Part shown: piece after piece, positions 30,393-41,402 of the stretch
Position numbering within the stretch: position 1 is the first letter of the stretch
Layout: each line of letters starts with the position of its first letter
Assembly (NCBI GenBank): GCA_963766065.1
Contig: CAVYAC010000076.1
Coordinates: 1-41,428, forward strand
Length of the DNA: 41,428 bases
Reading direction: 5' to 3'
Source: an uncultured Verrucomicrobiae bacterium
GTDB lineage: Bacteria > Verrucomicrobiota > Verrucomicrobiia > Palsa-1439
Notes under the pieces: generated by a model
Database searches by the model: none
Seen by the model: the letters and a program-made list of their open reading frames with translations, nothing else
What the model was told of the DNA's origin: nothing
Program-made: the position numbers and the translations under genes

Positions 30393-30487
30393 GCAACTGA
30401 GCGCCCGGTGTTGAGGATAAAAGCGCTCGACAATTGGCTTTGGAGGCAGTATTATAAAGGTTTACAGGGAAGCGAGGTAGGGATTTC

Positions 30488-32143
30488 ATGAAGGGTTTTT
30501 GCATTTTCGCTGTGGTCGTGTCGTTGGGTCTGGTCACCCAATCTGAGAGGACGTTCGGCGCCACCGTGACCCCTCTGTGGCAGTTCACCGGGAGCTACGA
30601 CGGCGGCGCGCCAGAGGCCGGTCTTGTCCAGGGCAGCGACAGTAATTTCTACGGCACGACCTACTCCGGCGGCACGAATGATTGGGGGACGGTTTTCCGT
30701 GTCACGCCGACCGGGTCGTTCACCAACCTGTATTTCTTCACCGGCTTCGATGACGGCGGCAGCCCGTCGGCGGGCCTCGTCCAGGGAAACGATGGGAATT
30801 TTTATGGCACAACCTTCTCGGGCGGAAGCAACGGCGTCGGCGTCGTGTTTCGAGTCACGCCACAGGGAACGCTGACCACGCTGTGGCAGTTTAGCGGCGG
30901 CGTCGATGGCGAGGAGCCGCTGGCCGGGCTTGTCCAGGGGATCGACAGCAATTTCTACGGGACGACCTACTCCGGCGGGACCAACTCCTGCTCGTGCGGC
31001 ACCGTCTTCAAGATCACCTCGGCGGGCACGCTGACCACGCTCTGGCAGTTCGGCGGCACCAACGACGGCGGCGAGGCGGAGGCGGAGCTCGTCCAGGGGA
31101 CCGACGGCAATTTCTACGGGACGACCTCCTACTACGGGACGCACACGTTGGGCACGGTGTTCAAGATCACCCCGTCGGGCACGCTGACGTCCCTGTGGCA
31201 GTTCACGGGCGGGAGCGACGGGGCTTATCCTGCGGCAGGGCTGGTGCAGGGCAGCGACAGCAATTTCTACGGGACAGCCGCCGAGGGCGGGTCGGGCCAC
31301 GGCAGCGCGTTCAAGATCACCTCCGCGGGGACATTGACGCCGCTGCACAGTTTCAGCGGCGGCAGCGGCGGCGACACACCTGACGCGGGGCTGATACAGG
31401 CCACGAATGGCCTGTTTTACGGGACGACCGCTGCCGGTGGGACAAACGGGTTCGGGACGGTGTTTAGCATCAATTCGACTGGGGGGTTTACGAGCGTGTA
31501 TCTCTTTACCGGCCGCCCCGATGGCAGCGATCCGGAAGCGGGGCTGGTACAAGGCATCGATGGAAATTTTTACGGGACGACCTACTCCGGCGGCGCGAGC
31601 AACGCCGGGATGGTGTTCAAATTGACCTTGTCCGCCGGCGGCGGCGGATGCAATTCCAACTTTGTGCCGCAGATCACCGCCATCCAGTTCGCCGGCACCA
31701 ACGTGGTCATTACCCTGCCGACCGTCACCTGCCAGTCCTATCAATTGGAGTACAGCAACGCGATGGTCCCCACGAACTGGATCAGCATCGGCAGCACCAT
31801 GGCGGGCACGGGCAGCCCGATCCAGTTGACCGACACGGGCGGCGCGGGGCAGACGCAACGGTTTTATCGGGTGGAAATCATGACCGGCGGTGTGTCGAGC
31901 CTGGCCATCCCGCAAATCAGCTCGATCCAGGCGGTCGGCACGAACATCGTCATCACGATCACCGCCGTGGCCGCCGATACGTACCAATTGCAATACAGCA
32001 ACACCGTGTCGCCTCCCACCTCGCCCAACTGGATCGACACCGGCAACTCGACCAATGGCGTGACCGGCACGTTGCAATTGATCGACGTGGGCGGGGCGTT
32101 GGCCACGGACCGGTTCTACCAGGTCATGATCACCATTCCCTAG
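30488..32143 (+). CDS. Second secreted GloVer-type tandem-repeat protein, with two C-terminal FYR-type domains
   Basis: Repeats AGLVQG.DGNFYGTT..GG...GTVF.IT; ends ...QRFYRVEI...DRFYQVMITIP. Confidence 0.85.
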   Translation: MKGFCIFAVVVSLGLVTQSERTFGATVTPLWQFTGSYDGGAPEAGLVQGSDSNFYGTTYSGGTNDWGTVFRVTPTGSFTNLYFFTGFDDGGSPSAGLVQGNDGNFYGTTFSGGSNGVGVVFRVTPQGTLTTLWQFSGGVDGEEPLAGLVQGIDSNFYGTTYSGGTNSCSCGTVFKITSAGTLTTLWQFGGTNDGGEAEAELVQGTDGNFYGTTSYYGTHTLGTVFKITPSGTLTSLWQFTGGSDGAYPAAGLVQGSDSNFYGTAAEGGSGHGSAFKITSAGTLTPLHSFSGGSGGDTPDAGLIQATNGLFYGTTAAGGTNGFGTVFSINSTGGFTSVYLFTGRPDGSDPEAGLVQGIDGNFYGTTYSGGASNAGMVFKLTLSAGGGGCNSNFVPQITAIQFAGTNVVITLPTVTCQSYQLEYSNAMVPTNWISIGSTMAGTGSPIQLTDTGGAGQTQRFYRVEIMTGGVSSLAIPQISSIQAVGTNIVITITAVAADTYQLQYSNTVSPPTSPNWIDTGNSTNGVTGTLQLIDVGGALATDRFYQVMITIP

Positions 32144-32215
32144 TGATGACGGGCGGCCACTCGTCGGCGGTTGCGGGTTGACGGGATGGGCGGGGCTGTG
32201 AGAGTTTGAGGGGCG

Positions 32216-33064
32216 ATGGCGCGGATTCCACTGGAGGACAATTCTGGCGATATTGTGGCGAAGGCCCAGCGCGGCTTGCGGCTCGCCGACACCGAACTCG
32301 CCAGCCGCGCCGGCCTCTCCCCGGCCCAACTCCGCGCCGCCAAAACGGGCGAGCCGGATGACGCCATTCTTCGCAAACTCGCCGCCGTCCTCCATCTCGG
32401 CCCCGAACCGCTCGTCGCGATCGCCCGGAATTCCTGGCGCCCGCGCGACCCCGGCCCGCTCGATGGTCTGGCCGCCTTCACCACCCCGTTCCACGACATG
32501 ACCGTCAACGCGTATGTCGTGTTCGATCCGACAACGCGTCAGGCGGCGGCGGTTGATACGGGCGCGGATGCCGATCCGATGCTGCAATTCATCCGCGAGA
32601 AGCAGTTGACGCTCGCGTTGATCCTGTTGACGCACACACACACCGACCACGTCTTCGAGTTGGATCGATTGAAGGACGCGACCGGCGCGAAGGCCTACGC
32701 GAGCGAACGCGAGCCGTTGCCCGGCGCGGAACCGTTCGCCGATGGAAAAGAATTTGCTCTGGGCGGACTGACAATCGACACGCGGCGCACCAGCGGCCAC
32801 GCGCGCGGCGGCACAACGTTCGTCGTGTCGGGTTTGGCGAGACGCCTGGCGATCGTCGGTGACGCGCTCTTTGCCGGGTCGATGGGTGGCGGCCTGGTAA
32901 GTTACGATGAGGCGTTGCGCACCAACCGCACGGGCATTTTCACATTGCCCGACGACACCATCATCTGTCCCGGCCACGGCCCGTTAACCACCGTCGGCGA
33001 GGAGAAACTGCACAACCCGTTCTTCCCCGAATTCTCTCATCAACAGGCGGCCCAACAACAATGA
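32216..33064 (+). CDS. MBL-fold metallo-hydrolase (glyoxalase II-like) with N-terminal HTH-like domain
   Basis: THTHTDH, SGHARGG, GDALF, PGHGP.TTVGEEKLHNPF. Confidence 0.9.
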   Translation: MARIPLEDNSGDIVAKAQRGLRLADTELASRAGLSPAQLRAAKTGEPDDAILRKLAAVLHLGPEPLVAIARNSWRPRDPGPLDGLAAFTTPFHDMTVNAYVVFDPTTRQAAAVDTGADADPMLQFIREKQLTLALILLTHTHTDHVFELDRLKDATGAKAYASEREPLPGAEPFADGKEFALGGLTIDTRRTSGHARGGTTFVVSGLARRLAIVGDALFAGSMGGGLVSYDEALRTNRTGIFTLPDDTIICPGHGPLTTVGEEKLHNPFFPEFSHQQAAQQQ

Positions 33065-33864
33065 AAATCATCCGCTACCAGGACGCCCAAGGCAACGTCT
33101 GTTACGCCGCCCAACGACCTGACGGCTCCGCCTGCCGCATCCAGGGCGACATCTTCGGCGAGCATCGCGTCACCGACGAGCGCGCCGACGTGAAGAAACT
33201 CCTCGCGCCGGTCGCGCCGATCGCGTTCCTGTGCATCGGCCTGAACTACCGTCAGCACGCCGCCGAGACGAAGGCGAAGATTCCCTCGTTCCCCGTGTTG
33301 TTCATGAAATCGCCGGGCGCGTTGCAGCATCCGAACGAGCCGATCCTGCTCCCGATCCATCTAAAAAGCGGCGAGGTCGATTACGAAGGCGAGCTGGCCG
33401 TGATCATCGGCAACCGCTGCAAGAATGTTTCCCGAGCGGACGCGTTGCGCCATGTGCTCGGCTACACCTGCGGCAACGATGTGAGCGCGCGCGACTGGCA
33501 AAAACAATTCGGTGGCGGCCAGTGGACGCGGGGCAAGACGTTCGATACGTTTGCTCCCCTCGGTCCATGCCTTGTCACTCCCGATGAGATTCCAAATCCC
33601 AACAATCTCCGCATCCGTACCATCCTGAACAATTCCGTGATGCAGGACTGCAACACCAGTGACATGATCTTCGATGTTCCCACGCTGATCGAATTCCTCA
33701 GTGGTAGCACAACGTTACTGGCGGGCACAGTGATTCTCACCGGCACGCCGCATGGCGTCGGCATGGCGCGCACCCCGCCCGTCTGGCTCAAGCCCGGTGA
33801 TACCGTGACCGTGGAAATCGAGGGCATCGGCCAATTGACGAATCGGGTGGTGGCGGAACTCTGA
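33061..33864 (+). CDS. Fumarylacetoacetate hydrolase family protein
   Basis: [51 protein letters not shown]. Confidence 0.95.
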   Translation: MKIIRYQDAQGNVCYAAQRPDGSACRIQGDIFGEHRVTDERADVKKLLAPVAPIAFLCIGLNYRQHAAETKAKIPSFPVLFMKSPGALQHPNEPILLPIHLKSGEVDYEGELAVIIGNRCKNVSRADALRHVLGYTCGNDVSARDWQKQFGGGQWTRGKTFDTFAPLGPCLVTPDEIPNPNNLRIRTILNNSVMQDCNTSDMIFDVPTLIEFLSGSTTLLAGTVILTGTPHGVGMARTPPVWLKPGDTVTVEIEGIGQLTNRVVAEL

Positions 33865-34130
33865 TCCATCACGAGTATCCGTCTGATGGAGTACATGGCG
33901 TGAAAAAAGCGTGTCCGTCTAACGGGGTACGTGGATCGGGCCGGTATGCGGATGGGTTCCGACAGCACCCGGATCAGAGCAGTCAGCGTGACCGGGCTGG
34001 ACAACAGAAGCGGGATGTGTTCGAATTTGCGCGGTGACCGAGTCGATGCTGGCGCGTTCGAGTGAGCAATAGGTCGCAGCAGGCGGTGAAGAGCCGGATC
34101 GTTGTGGCGAATGGCTTGAGAGGACGCGAC

Positions 34131-36787
34131 ATGCAAAGGGGGGTTTTATCTGTTTTTGTCGTTTTACTCAGTGCACTTCTTTGGGCAATTCCCACGACGC
34201 AAGCCCAAGACCTCTATGTCACCAACCTCGACCAACTTGTAGCCGAGGCTTATAGCACGGATTACAGCGTCTATTTGCCGTTCAGCCCTTGGGATTGGCG
34301 GGCGTTCTCCCTGTATGGTGGCGAACCCTGGTGGCTCGACTGTTCGCAAATGTCTTGTGACGGCCTGTTCCAAACCTCGACCGAACTCAGCGCCGGTGTG
34401 CCAGCCTACTCCGTTGTGTTGCTGCAGAATGTGCTCACCGGGGAAACGATCATCCAGCCCGACGGCTTGACCGACGTGGTTGCGACCGTTCTGGCTCCGA
34501 GCGGCTATCAACCAGCCACCAATTCGTGGAACGGTTGGATGTGGAATTGGTATGAGCAGGTGGTTGACCAGCCCGATTCCTGGGGTTTATCGCCCGGCGA
34601 GGTTCCACCACCCGTCATCACGTTTAGGGCGCTATTGGCCGACGTGAGTAATTATGCCGCCTACGCCGCCTACGAGAGCAACTTGGAAGCGGAAGCCGAG
34701 GCGGCGCAGGCCGCCCAAGCCGCCACCGCCACCATGAGCGGCGGGGGCTTTGCAATGGACGATGATGATGACGATGGCGGTGTCGATCCCTGCACGCTAA
34801 CCAGCCTGACACAGCCGTTCTATGTGACAAACATGGTCCGGAACGCAAGCGGGTCTACCACGATCACCTGGCAGTCCTGCCAGTTCTTCCGCTATCTGGT
34901 ATGGGAAGCGAATTCTTTGAGCACGAATACGCAATGGTTTCCCACCGCCTACGTCTGGGGCGCAACCAACGCCAGTTTGACCTCTTGGACGGACACAGCC
35001 ATCACAAACAACGATGGGAGTACCGTCACCCAGCGCTTTTACCGTGTCCAGCGGCTCTTGGGCAGTCCAATTGCGGCGGGTGGATTACACAGCGTGGTGG
35101 CGAGGCAGGACGGCACTCTTTGGGCGTGGGGCAACAACGACGGATGTTTGGGCGATGGGTTGAACAGCAGGATCTATGTTGGAGATCAAAATGATGCCGT
35201 GGAGGTGTATCTGCCGTACCCCAGTGACGTTGCTGACGCCGCCACCTGTGGCATTCAAAACGTAACCAACGTGGTGGTGGTCGCCGCTGGCGGGGACGAC
35301 TATACGGTTGTTGTCGATGCCACAGGAACTGTTTGGACAGTTGGAGAGAACACGGAGGGACAACTCGGAACAGGGCTCGGAACCAGTGAGAGCGGTACAT
35401 TTATCGACACGAACTTCTATTCCACGCCGCTTCCCGTTGTTGGTCTCAGCAACATCGTCAACGTGGCGGCTGGATTTCAACACACGCTGGCTTTGCGCTC
35501 TGACGGTACTGTGTGGGCTTGGGGGAACGATGTTTTCGATAATGGATACAACGCCAGTGGAGCATTGGGCGCAGGATATGCCGTTCCTTTGGGTTGTACG
35601 AACTTGCCGATTCCGGTGATGATTCCAACGAGAACAAACATCGTTGCTATCGCCGCAGGTAACGGGTTCAGTCTCGCATTGGACACTTCTGGCAACGTAT
35701 GGGGCTGGGGCGACAATGAAGACGGACAGATCGGCGGAGCGGTTACTGGTGGCGGAGCCGGTACGAACGTGCCGACAGTGGTTCAGGGCATTTCCAATGT
35801 CATCGCCATCGCCGCAGGCGACGGCAACTGGTACGATTACTTATATGGCAACGGCGAGGGTCATTCCGTCGCCCTGACAGCCGACAAGACTGTTTGGACG
35901 TGGGGCAATAATGAGTCTGGTCAACTTGGGCGTAGTGTGGGCAACATTGCTTCGACACCGGGGCGGGTGCCTGGCTTGTCCAACATCGTGGCGATTGCGG
36001 CAGGCTACGCATTCAGTTTGGCTGTCAGCAGCAACGGTGAGGTCTATGCATGGGGCGACAACAACTTCGGAGAATTGGGAACCAATTCCGTCTACCTAAC
36101 GTCCAGCACCAACCCCATCCTCGTCGCTGGCATCAGCGACGTGGTTTGGGTCAGCGCTCCGCGAGGAGACGACGAATTGGAAGATGTGACCACGTCAGCC
36201 TACATCGCGTACAATGGCGGTGTTCATGCACTGGCGATGACGCTCGATCCCGTGGACGGCAGCGGGCAGATGACCAACCACTATTGGAGCTGGGGTGATA
36301 GCACATTCGGTCAAGTGGGCAACGGGGTCAATGGGGGCGGGACGAATCAGGTCAGCCAATATGCCCCAGCCGGCCACTCGAGTTCTGCACCCGCTGTCAG
36401 CGGGAAGTCCAGTTGGGAACCAACGGCAGTTTCACCGCTCAATGCAACGGGACGCTGTATCTGTATTTCAATGGTCAGATTGGCGACTTCGATACCTACT
36501 CAAACTACTATACGGTGACGATCAACAGCGTCACGACGAACGTGCCGGCCTACGACCCGTCAGCCTACGGCATCGGCGTAGCGGTCGGGACGGTGACGAA
36601 CGGCGGGGTCTACAGTTACATGGCGAGCGGCTACTGCGTGTATGATGCCTTCTTACAGAAGGCGGACGCGAACGGCAGGGACTCAGTCAGCGGCAGTCCG
36701 GTGGACTGTTCGTTTGCCTACCTCGATATGACGAATTCTGTCTGCCCCTCGCTCCAGTGCTTCTCACTTGTAGGAAAGGTTCAATGA
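34131..36787 (+). CDS. Secreted RCC1-repeat beta-propeller protein; frameshift near 36375
   Basis: Signal peptide; repeats IAAG..HSLAL..DGTVWAWG.N..GQLG; C-terminus continues in the frame of ORF 36413-36787. Confidence 0.85.
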
Positions 36788-36858
36788 ACGAGGAGGCTCG
36801 AATTATCTGGATTCGCAGGTTGTTTCCTGATAAACTGTTTCTAGAAGGGAAACCGGTA

Positions 36859-37483
36859 ATGAAAACTAAGTTGATCAAGCTTCTATGTTTCGCGTTGCTT
36901 ACACTCCCTGCCATATCAACTCGGTCGCAAACTGTTATCACCTTTGATGATCTCCCGAACTCCGCCGGCGGAGCGCCCATCCCGGCCAGTTATCAGGGCC
37001 TTACTTGGAGCAACTTTGACGTAGGAAATGCGATTCTCATGTCCAACATTTCTGGCTACTCTGCCCGGTTATGGCTACGGAATGGTGTCTCCATCCAACG
37101 TCGCCTTCAACGGGGGGGGCACACCTGCCGAGATCGACTGGCCCGGCACCAATTTCGACTTCCTGAGCGCCTACCTCACCGGCGCATGGAACAGCAATCT
37201 TAATGTCGAGGTGCAGGGGTTCCGCGGCACCAATCTGGTGTACGACGAAACGAAGGTCGTCAGTGCTACCAACGCGACACTGTTCACATTCAACTACCTA
37301 GACATCGACCGTCTCTATTTTGACTCCTACGGGGGCGAACCTGCCTTCAACCCAAATAATAATGAGACACCCTTCGTCATGGACAACTTGACCTTCGAGT
37401 TCATCCCCGAACCGTCCTCGCTCCTGCTCGCCGCCCTCGGCGGCGTATCCCTCGTCGCGTTCGTCCGACGCAAGCGCGGGTAA
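36859..37483 (+). CDS. PEP-CTERM protein, paralog 1; frameshift near 37060
   Basis: Signal peptide, TVITFDDL, C-terminal [14 protein letters not shown]...RRKRG. Confidence 0.85.
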
Positions 37484-37497
37484 TGCGGCGAGTTGGC

Positions 37498-38130
37498 ATG
37501 AAAACAAGCTTGCTTCGTCCGCTCTTCGTATGCTTTGCAGTGTTCGCTCTCGTGATTTTGCTCTCGACTCCGGCCCGTTCGCAAACTGTAGTCACCTTTG
37601 ATGACCTCGTGGACAACGGCGGAGGAACACCGATTCCGAATGGCTACCAAGGTCTGTCGTGGAGCAATCTTGATGTCTTAAATGCTATTATCTCGTCCAA
37701 TTTGGCCGGTTACGCCAATGGGTACAACTACGGGATGGTGTCGCCTTCCAACGTGGTGTATGACCCGTTCGGCAATCCGGCCGAGGTCGATTCCGCAACC
37801 AACTTCAATTTCCTGAGTGCCTACCTGACAGGCGCATGGAACAGTAACCTGAATATACAGGTCGAGGGCTTCAACGGCACCAATCTGCTGTACAACCAGA
37901 CCGTAGTGGCGAGCGCCACGAATGCCACCCTTTTCACATTCGACTATTCGGACATCAACCGTCTTTACTTCGATTCTTCCGGTGGCGAGCCTGCATTTGG
38001 CGGAACGCCACGGGAGCAGTTTGTCATGGACAACTTCACCTTCGAGTTCATCCCCGAGCCGTCGTCGCTGCTACTCACCGCCCTCGGTGGCGTAACGCTC
38101 GTCGCTTTCCTCAAACGCAAGCGAACGTAG
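37498..38130 (+). CDS. PEP-CTERM protein, paralog 2
   Basis: TVVTFDDL...[14 protein letters not shown]...KRKRT. Confidence 0.9.
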   Translation: MKTSLLRPLFVCFAVFALVILLSTPARSQTVVTFDDLVDNGGGTPIPNGYQGLSWSNLDVLNAIISSNLAGYANGYNYGMVSPSNVVYDPFGNPAEVDSATNFNFLSAYLTGAWNSNLNIQVEGFNGTNLLYNQTVVASATNATLFTFDYSDINRLYFDSSGGEPAFGGTPREQFVMDNFTFEFIPEPSSLLLTALGGVTLVAFLKRKRT

Positions 38131-38149
38131 CGCCAGAAGGGCGCTCGCC

Positions 38150-38773
38150 ATGAATATGAAAGTGCTCATGCGGTTTTATACAGTGTTCGCTCTCGTGATG
38201 TTGCTTCCGATTTCCGCCCGCTCACAGAGCGTCATCACCTTTGATGACCTCGTGGACAACGGCGGAGGAACACCCATCCCAAACGGCTACCAAGGACTGT
38301 CATGGAGCAATCTTGACGTGCTGAATGCGATTCTGCTCTCCAACTATGTCGGTTACGCTGAGGGCTACAACTACGGAATGGTATCGCCTTCCAATGTGGT
38401 GTATGACCCGTATGGTGATCCTGCCGAAATAGACTCGGCAACCAACTTCAACTTCCTCAGCGCCTACTTGACTGGGGTTTGGAATAGCAATCTGAACATT
38501 CAGGTCGAGGGCTTCAATGGCACCAATCTACTCTACAACCAGACAGTTGTGGCGAGCGCCACAAACGCGACTCTGTTCACCTTCAACTACACAAATGTCA
38601 ACCGCCTCTACTTCGACTCCTACGGCGGTGAACCCGCATTCGGCTGGCCGTCACTGGAACAGTTCGTCATGGACGACATGGCCATCCAGTTCATCCCTGA
38701 GCCATCATCCCTCCTGCTGACCGCCCTCGGCGCGGTGTCGTTGTTCGCGTTCATCAAACGCAAACGCGTGTAA
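38150..38773 (+). CDS. PEP-CTERM protein, paralog 3
   Basis: SVITFDDL...[14 protein letters not shown]...KRKRV. Confidence 0.9.
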   Translation: MNMKVLMRFYTVFALVMLLPISARSQSVITFDDLVDNGGGTPIPNGYQGLSWSNLDVLNAILLSNYVGYAEGYNYGMVSPSNVVYDPYGDPAEIDSATNFNFLSAYLTGVWNSNLNIQVEGFNGTNLLYNQTVVASATNATLFTFNYTNVNRLYFDSYGGEPAFGWPSLEQFVMDDMAIQFIPEPSSLLLTALGAVSLFAFIKRKRV

Positions 38774-38796
38774 GACTTTCTGATGCCCCCACCTTT

Positions 38797-38964
38797 CTCA
38801 GCGGCAGCACAACGTTACTGGCGGGCACAGTGATTCTCACCGGCACGCCGCATGGCGTCGGCATGGCGCGCACCCCACCGCTCTGGCTCAAGCCCGGCGA
38901 TACCGTGACCGTGGAAATCGAGGGCATCGGCCAATTGACGAATCCCGTGCGGTCGGAAGCGTGA
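38797..38964 (+). pseudogene. Duplicated 3' end of the FAH gene
   Basis: 38797-38944 matches 33697-33844 with 6 mismatches in 148 bp; ends ...[14 protein letters not shown]. Confidence 0.92.
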
Positions 38965-39013
38965 GTAATCCCTGCCGCCATCTCACGCGTCTCCGGACGG
39001 AAGGAGGTTCGAA

Positions 39014-41245
39014 TTGGTTTATCTGTATTCGCTGACGCTCTTGCTCAGTGCGTGCTTGCTGTTTGTCGTCCAACCCATGATGGGCAAGATGATCCTGCCA
39101 TTTTTGGGAGGCGCGCCGGCGGTGTGGAACACGTGCCTCGTCTTTTATCAGGCGGTCCTGTTGCTGGGCTACGCGTATGCGCATTTTTCCACGCGGTGGC
39201 TGGGCGCGCGTCGCCAGGCGGTGTTCCATGTGGGCTTGATGGCGCTGCCGCTTCTGGTGCTGCCCATGCATGTCTCCGATCAAATCCTCCGGCACCTTGC
39301 CCGTTCGGACAATCCGACCCTGTGGCTGGTGGTCTGCCTCGCGACAACCGTGGGATTGCCGTTTCTGGTCGTGTCGGCGACCGCCCCGTTGTTGCAAAAG
39401 TGGTTTGCCAGCGCCGGGCATCCGCCGCGCATGATGTGTATTTCCTCTATGGCGCCAGCAACATCGGCTCGATGGTCGGGCTGCTGGGCTACATTGCTTT
39501 CCTCGAACCGACCTTTCTCCTGAAACGACAGGCTTGGCTCTGGACGTTGTTCTACGGGGGGCTTGCCGTGCTGATCATCGGTTGCGCGTTGGTTCTGTGG
39601 CGCTCGCAAGCCATCGGCGGTGCTGGCAGGAAGACGCGTGCGCCCGAAGAAGAACATGCCGTTGACCGGACATCCAACCGCGCGACCGCCATAACGCTTA
39701 CGCGACGGCTGCACTGGGTGTTTCTGGCCGCGGTGCCGTCGAGTTTGATGTTGGGAGTGACCATGTACCTGACGACGGACGTGGCGCCGTTCCCGCTGTT
39801 TTGGGTCCTGCCGCTCGCACTGTATCTGCTCACATTGATACTCGTCTTCGCGCGGAAGCCGGTCTATGCCGCCTCCCTGGATGGGCCGCGTGCTCTGCCT
39901 GCCCGCGGTGGTGCTGACCGTCACGTTTATCGTTGAGGCAACAGAACGGCCTGGCTGTTCGTCGTCATGCATCTGCTGGTATTTTGGACGGCGGCCATGA
40001 TCTGCCATGCGGATTTGGCCAGGGACCGACCGCCGGCAAAAGAGTATTTGACCGAGTTCTATCTGTGCCTGTCTTTGGGAGGAGTTCTTGGCGGACTGTT
40101 CAACGTATTGATTGCGCCGCTGGTTTTCAAGTCTGTGCTGGAATATCCACTGGCAATCATCGTCGCCTCTCATCCAGCCGTCCGGGGACACCTCTTCGCA
40201 ACCGCCACGCTTCCGTTGGGCAGACGTGATTTGGGCGGTGGGCATTGGCGCAGCAACGATGGCATTGATCGCCATGACCCGGTCCTTTGAAGCCAATCCA
40301 GGTCACCTGAATACGCTCTGGACCTTCGGGATCCCCGCGCTCTTGTCGTATCGATTTGTGAAACAGCCGATCCGCTTCAGCCTGTGCCTGGGAGCCATGC
40401 TTGTGGCCGGTTCCCTCCGGGTACGTCGGAACGCACGGACGCGTGCTGCTGACGGAGCGCAACTTCTTCGGCGTCCTGCGAGTCACCGAGGATGCCCAGG
40501 GCAAATTCAGATAAGCTGGTACACGGCAACACGCTTCACGGTCAACAAAGCCTCGACCCCGCGCGCCAATCCGAGCCGCTGGCGTATTACCACACGAGCG
40601 GCCCCATCGGACGCGTCTTTGACATGTTCACTCAACTCCGTGACGAGTCCCGCACCGACGTGGCGGTCGTCGGCTTGGGAGCCGGAGCCATGGCCTGCTA
40701 TGCTCGCCCCAACCAAAACTGGACGTTGGGGAATCGATCCGGCCGTCGAACGCATCGCCCGCGACACGAATTGTTTTACGTTTCTTAAGCTCAGCCTCGC
40801 CAAAAAACTTGATGTCGTTCTCGGGGACGCCCGATTGCGCCTGAAAGACGCGCCCGATGATCACTACAACCTGATTGCCGTGGATGCGTTCAGCTCCGAC
40901 GCGATTCCCGTTCATTTGGCCACGCGGGAAGCGTTTCGTCTCTACCTGGACAAGCTTGCCGAGAACGGGATTCTGGCATTCCACGTCACCAATCGTCGCC
41001 TCGATCTGGAACCCGTGATGGGCAATCTGGCCCATGATGCTGGCCTGGTCGCGCTGTACGACAGGGATTTGTCGCCCGGTCCCAAGGAAAGGATAGCCAA
41101 TGGGTCGTCATAGCCCGGCGGACGGAGGACCTGCAGGCGCTACCCGCAGCCCGTGAGTGGAAGCCGCTGCCGCCGGAACCGAACGCCAGAGTCTGGACGG
41201 ATGATTTCTCCAACATCCTCAGCGTCCCTTACCCGCTGGCGCTGA
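39014..41245 (+). CDS. Fused membrane (MFS-like)/spermidine-synthase-like methyltransferase; multiple frameshifts
   Basis: LLFVVQPMMGKMILPFLGGAPAVWNTC, LYGASNIGS, PSSLMLGVT, HGNTLHGQQ, VGLGAG, GDARL, DAFSSDAIPVHL, WTDDFSNI spread across frames; GGAGG RBS. Confidence 0.85.
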
Positions 41246-41360
41246 GAGCGCCCAACAAAACTTGACTTTGATCGTAGCCGCACCCTTTAGGGTGCATGAA
41301 GGGCTTCCAGATTACCTGCGCAGGCTAAAGCCTGCGGCTGCTGGTTTTGTTAGGGGCTCT
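41245..41360. mobile_element. 116-bp MITE-like element enclosing an inverted REP
   Basis: Terminal inverted repeats AGAGCGCCCAACAAAAC / GTTTTGTTAGGGGCTCT (15 of 17 match) around GTAGCCGCACCCTTTAGGGTGC...GCGCAGGCTAAAGCCTGCGGCT. Confidence 0.5.
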
Positions 41361-41402
41361 AAGCCTGCCAGCCAATACGATCCTGACCTGCCGTAACAGA
41401 AT

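Noticed and set aside
36859..38773. Diversity-generating retroelement template/variable repeats
   Set aside because: No reverse transcriptase in the window and differences are not adenine-specific; ordinary paralogy
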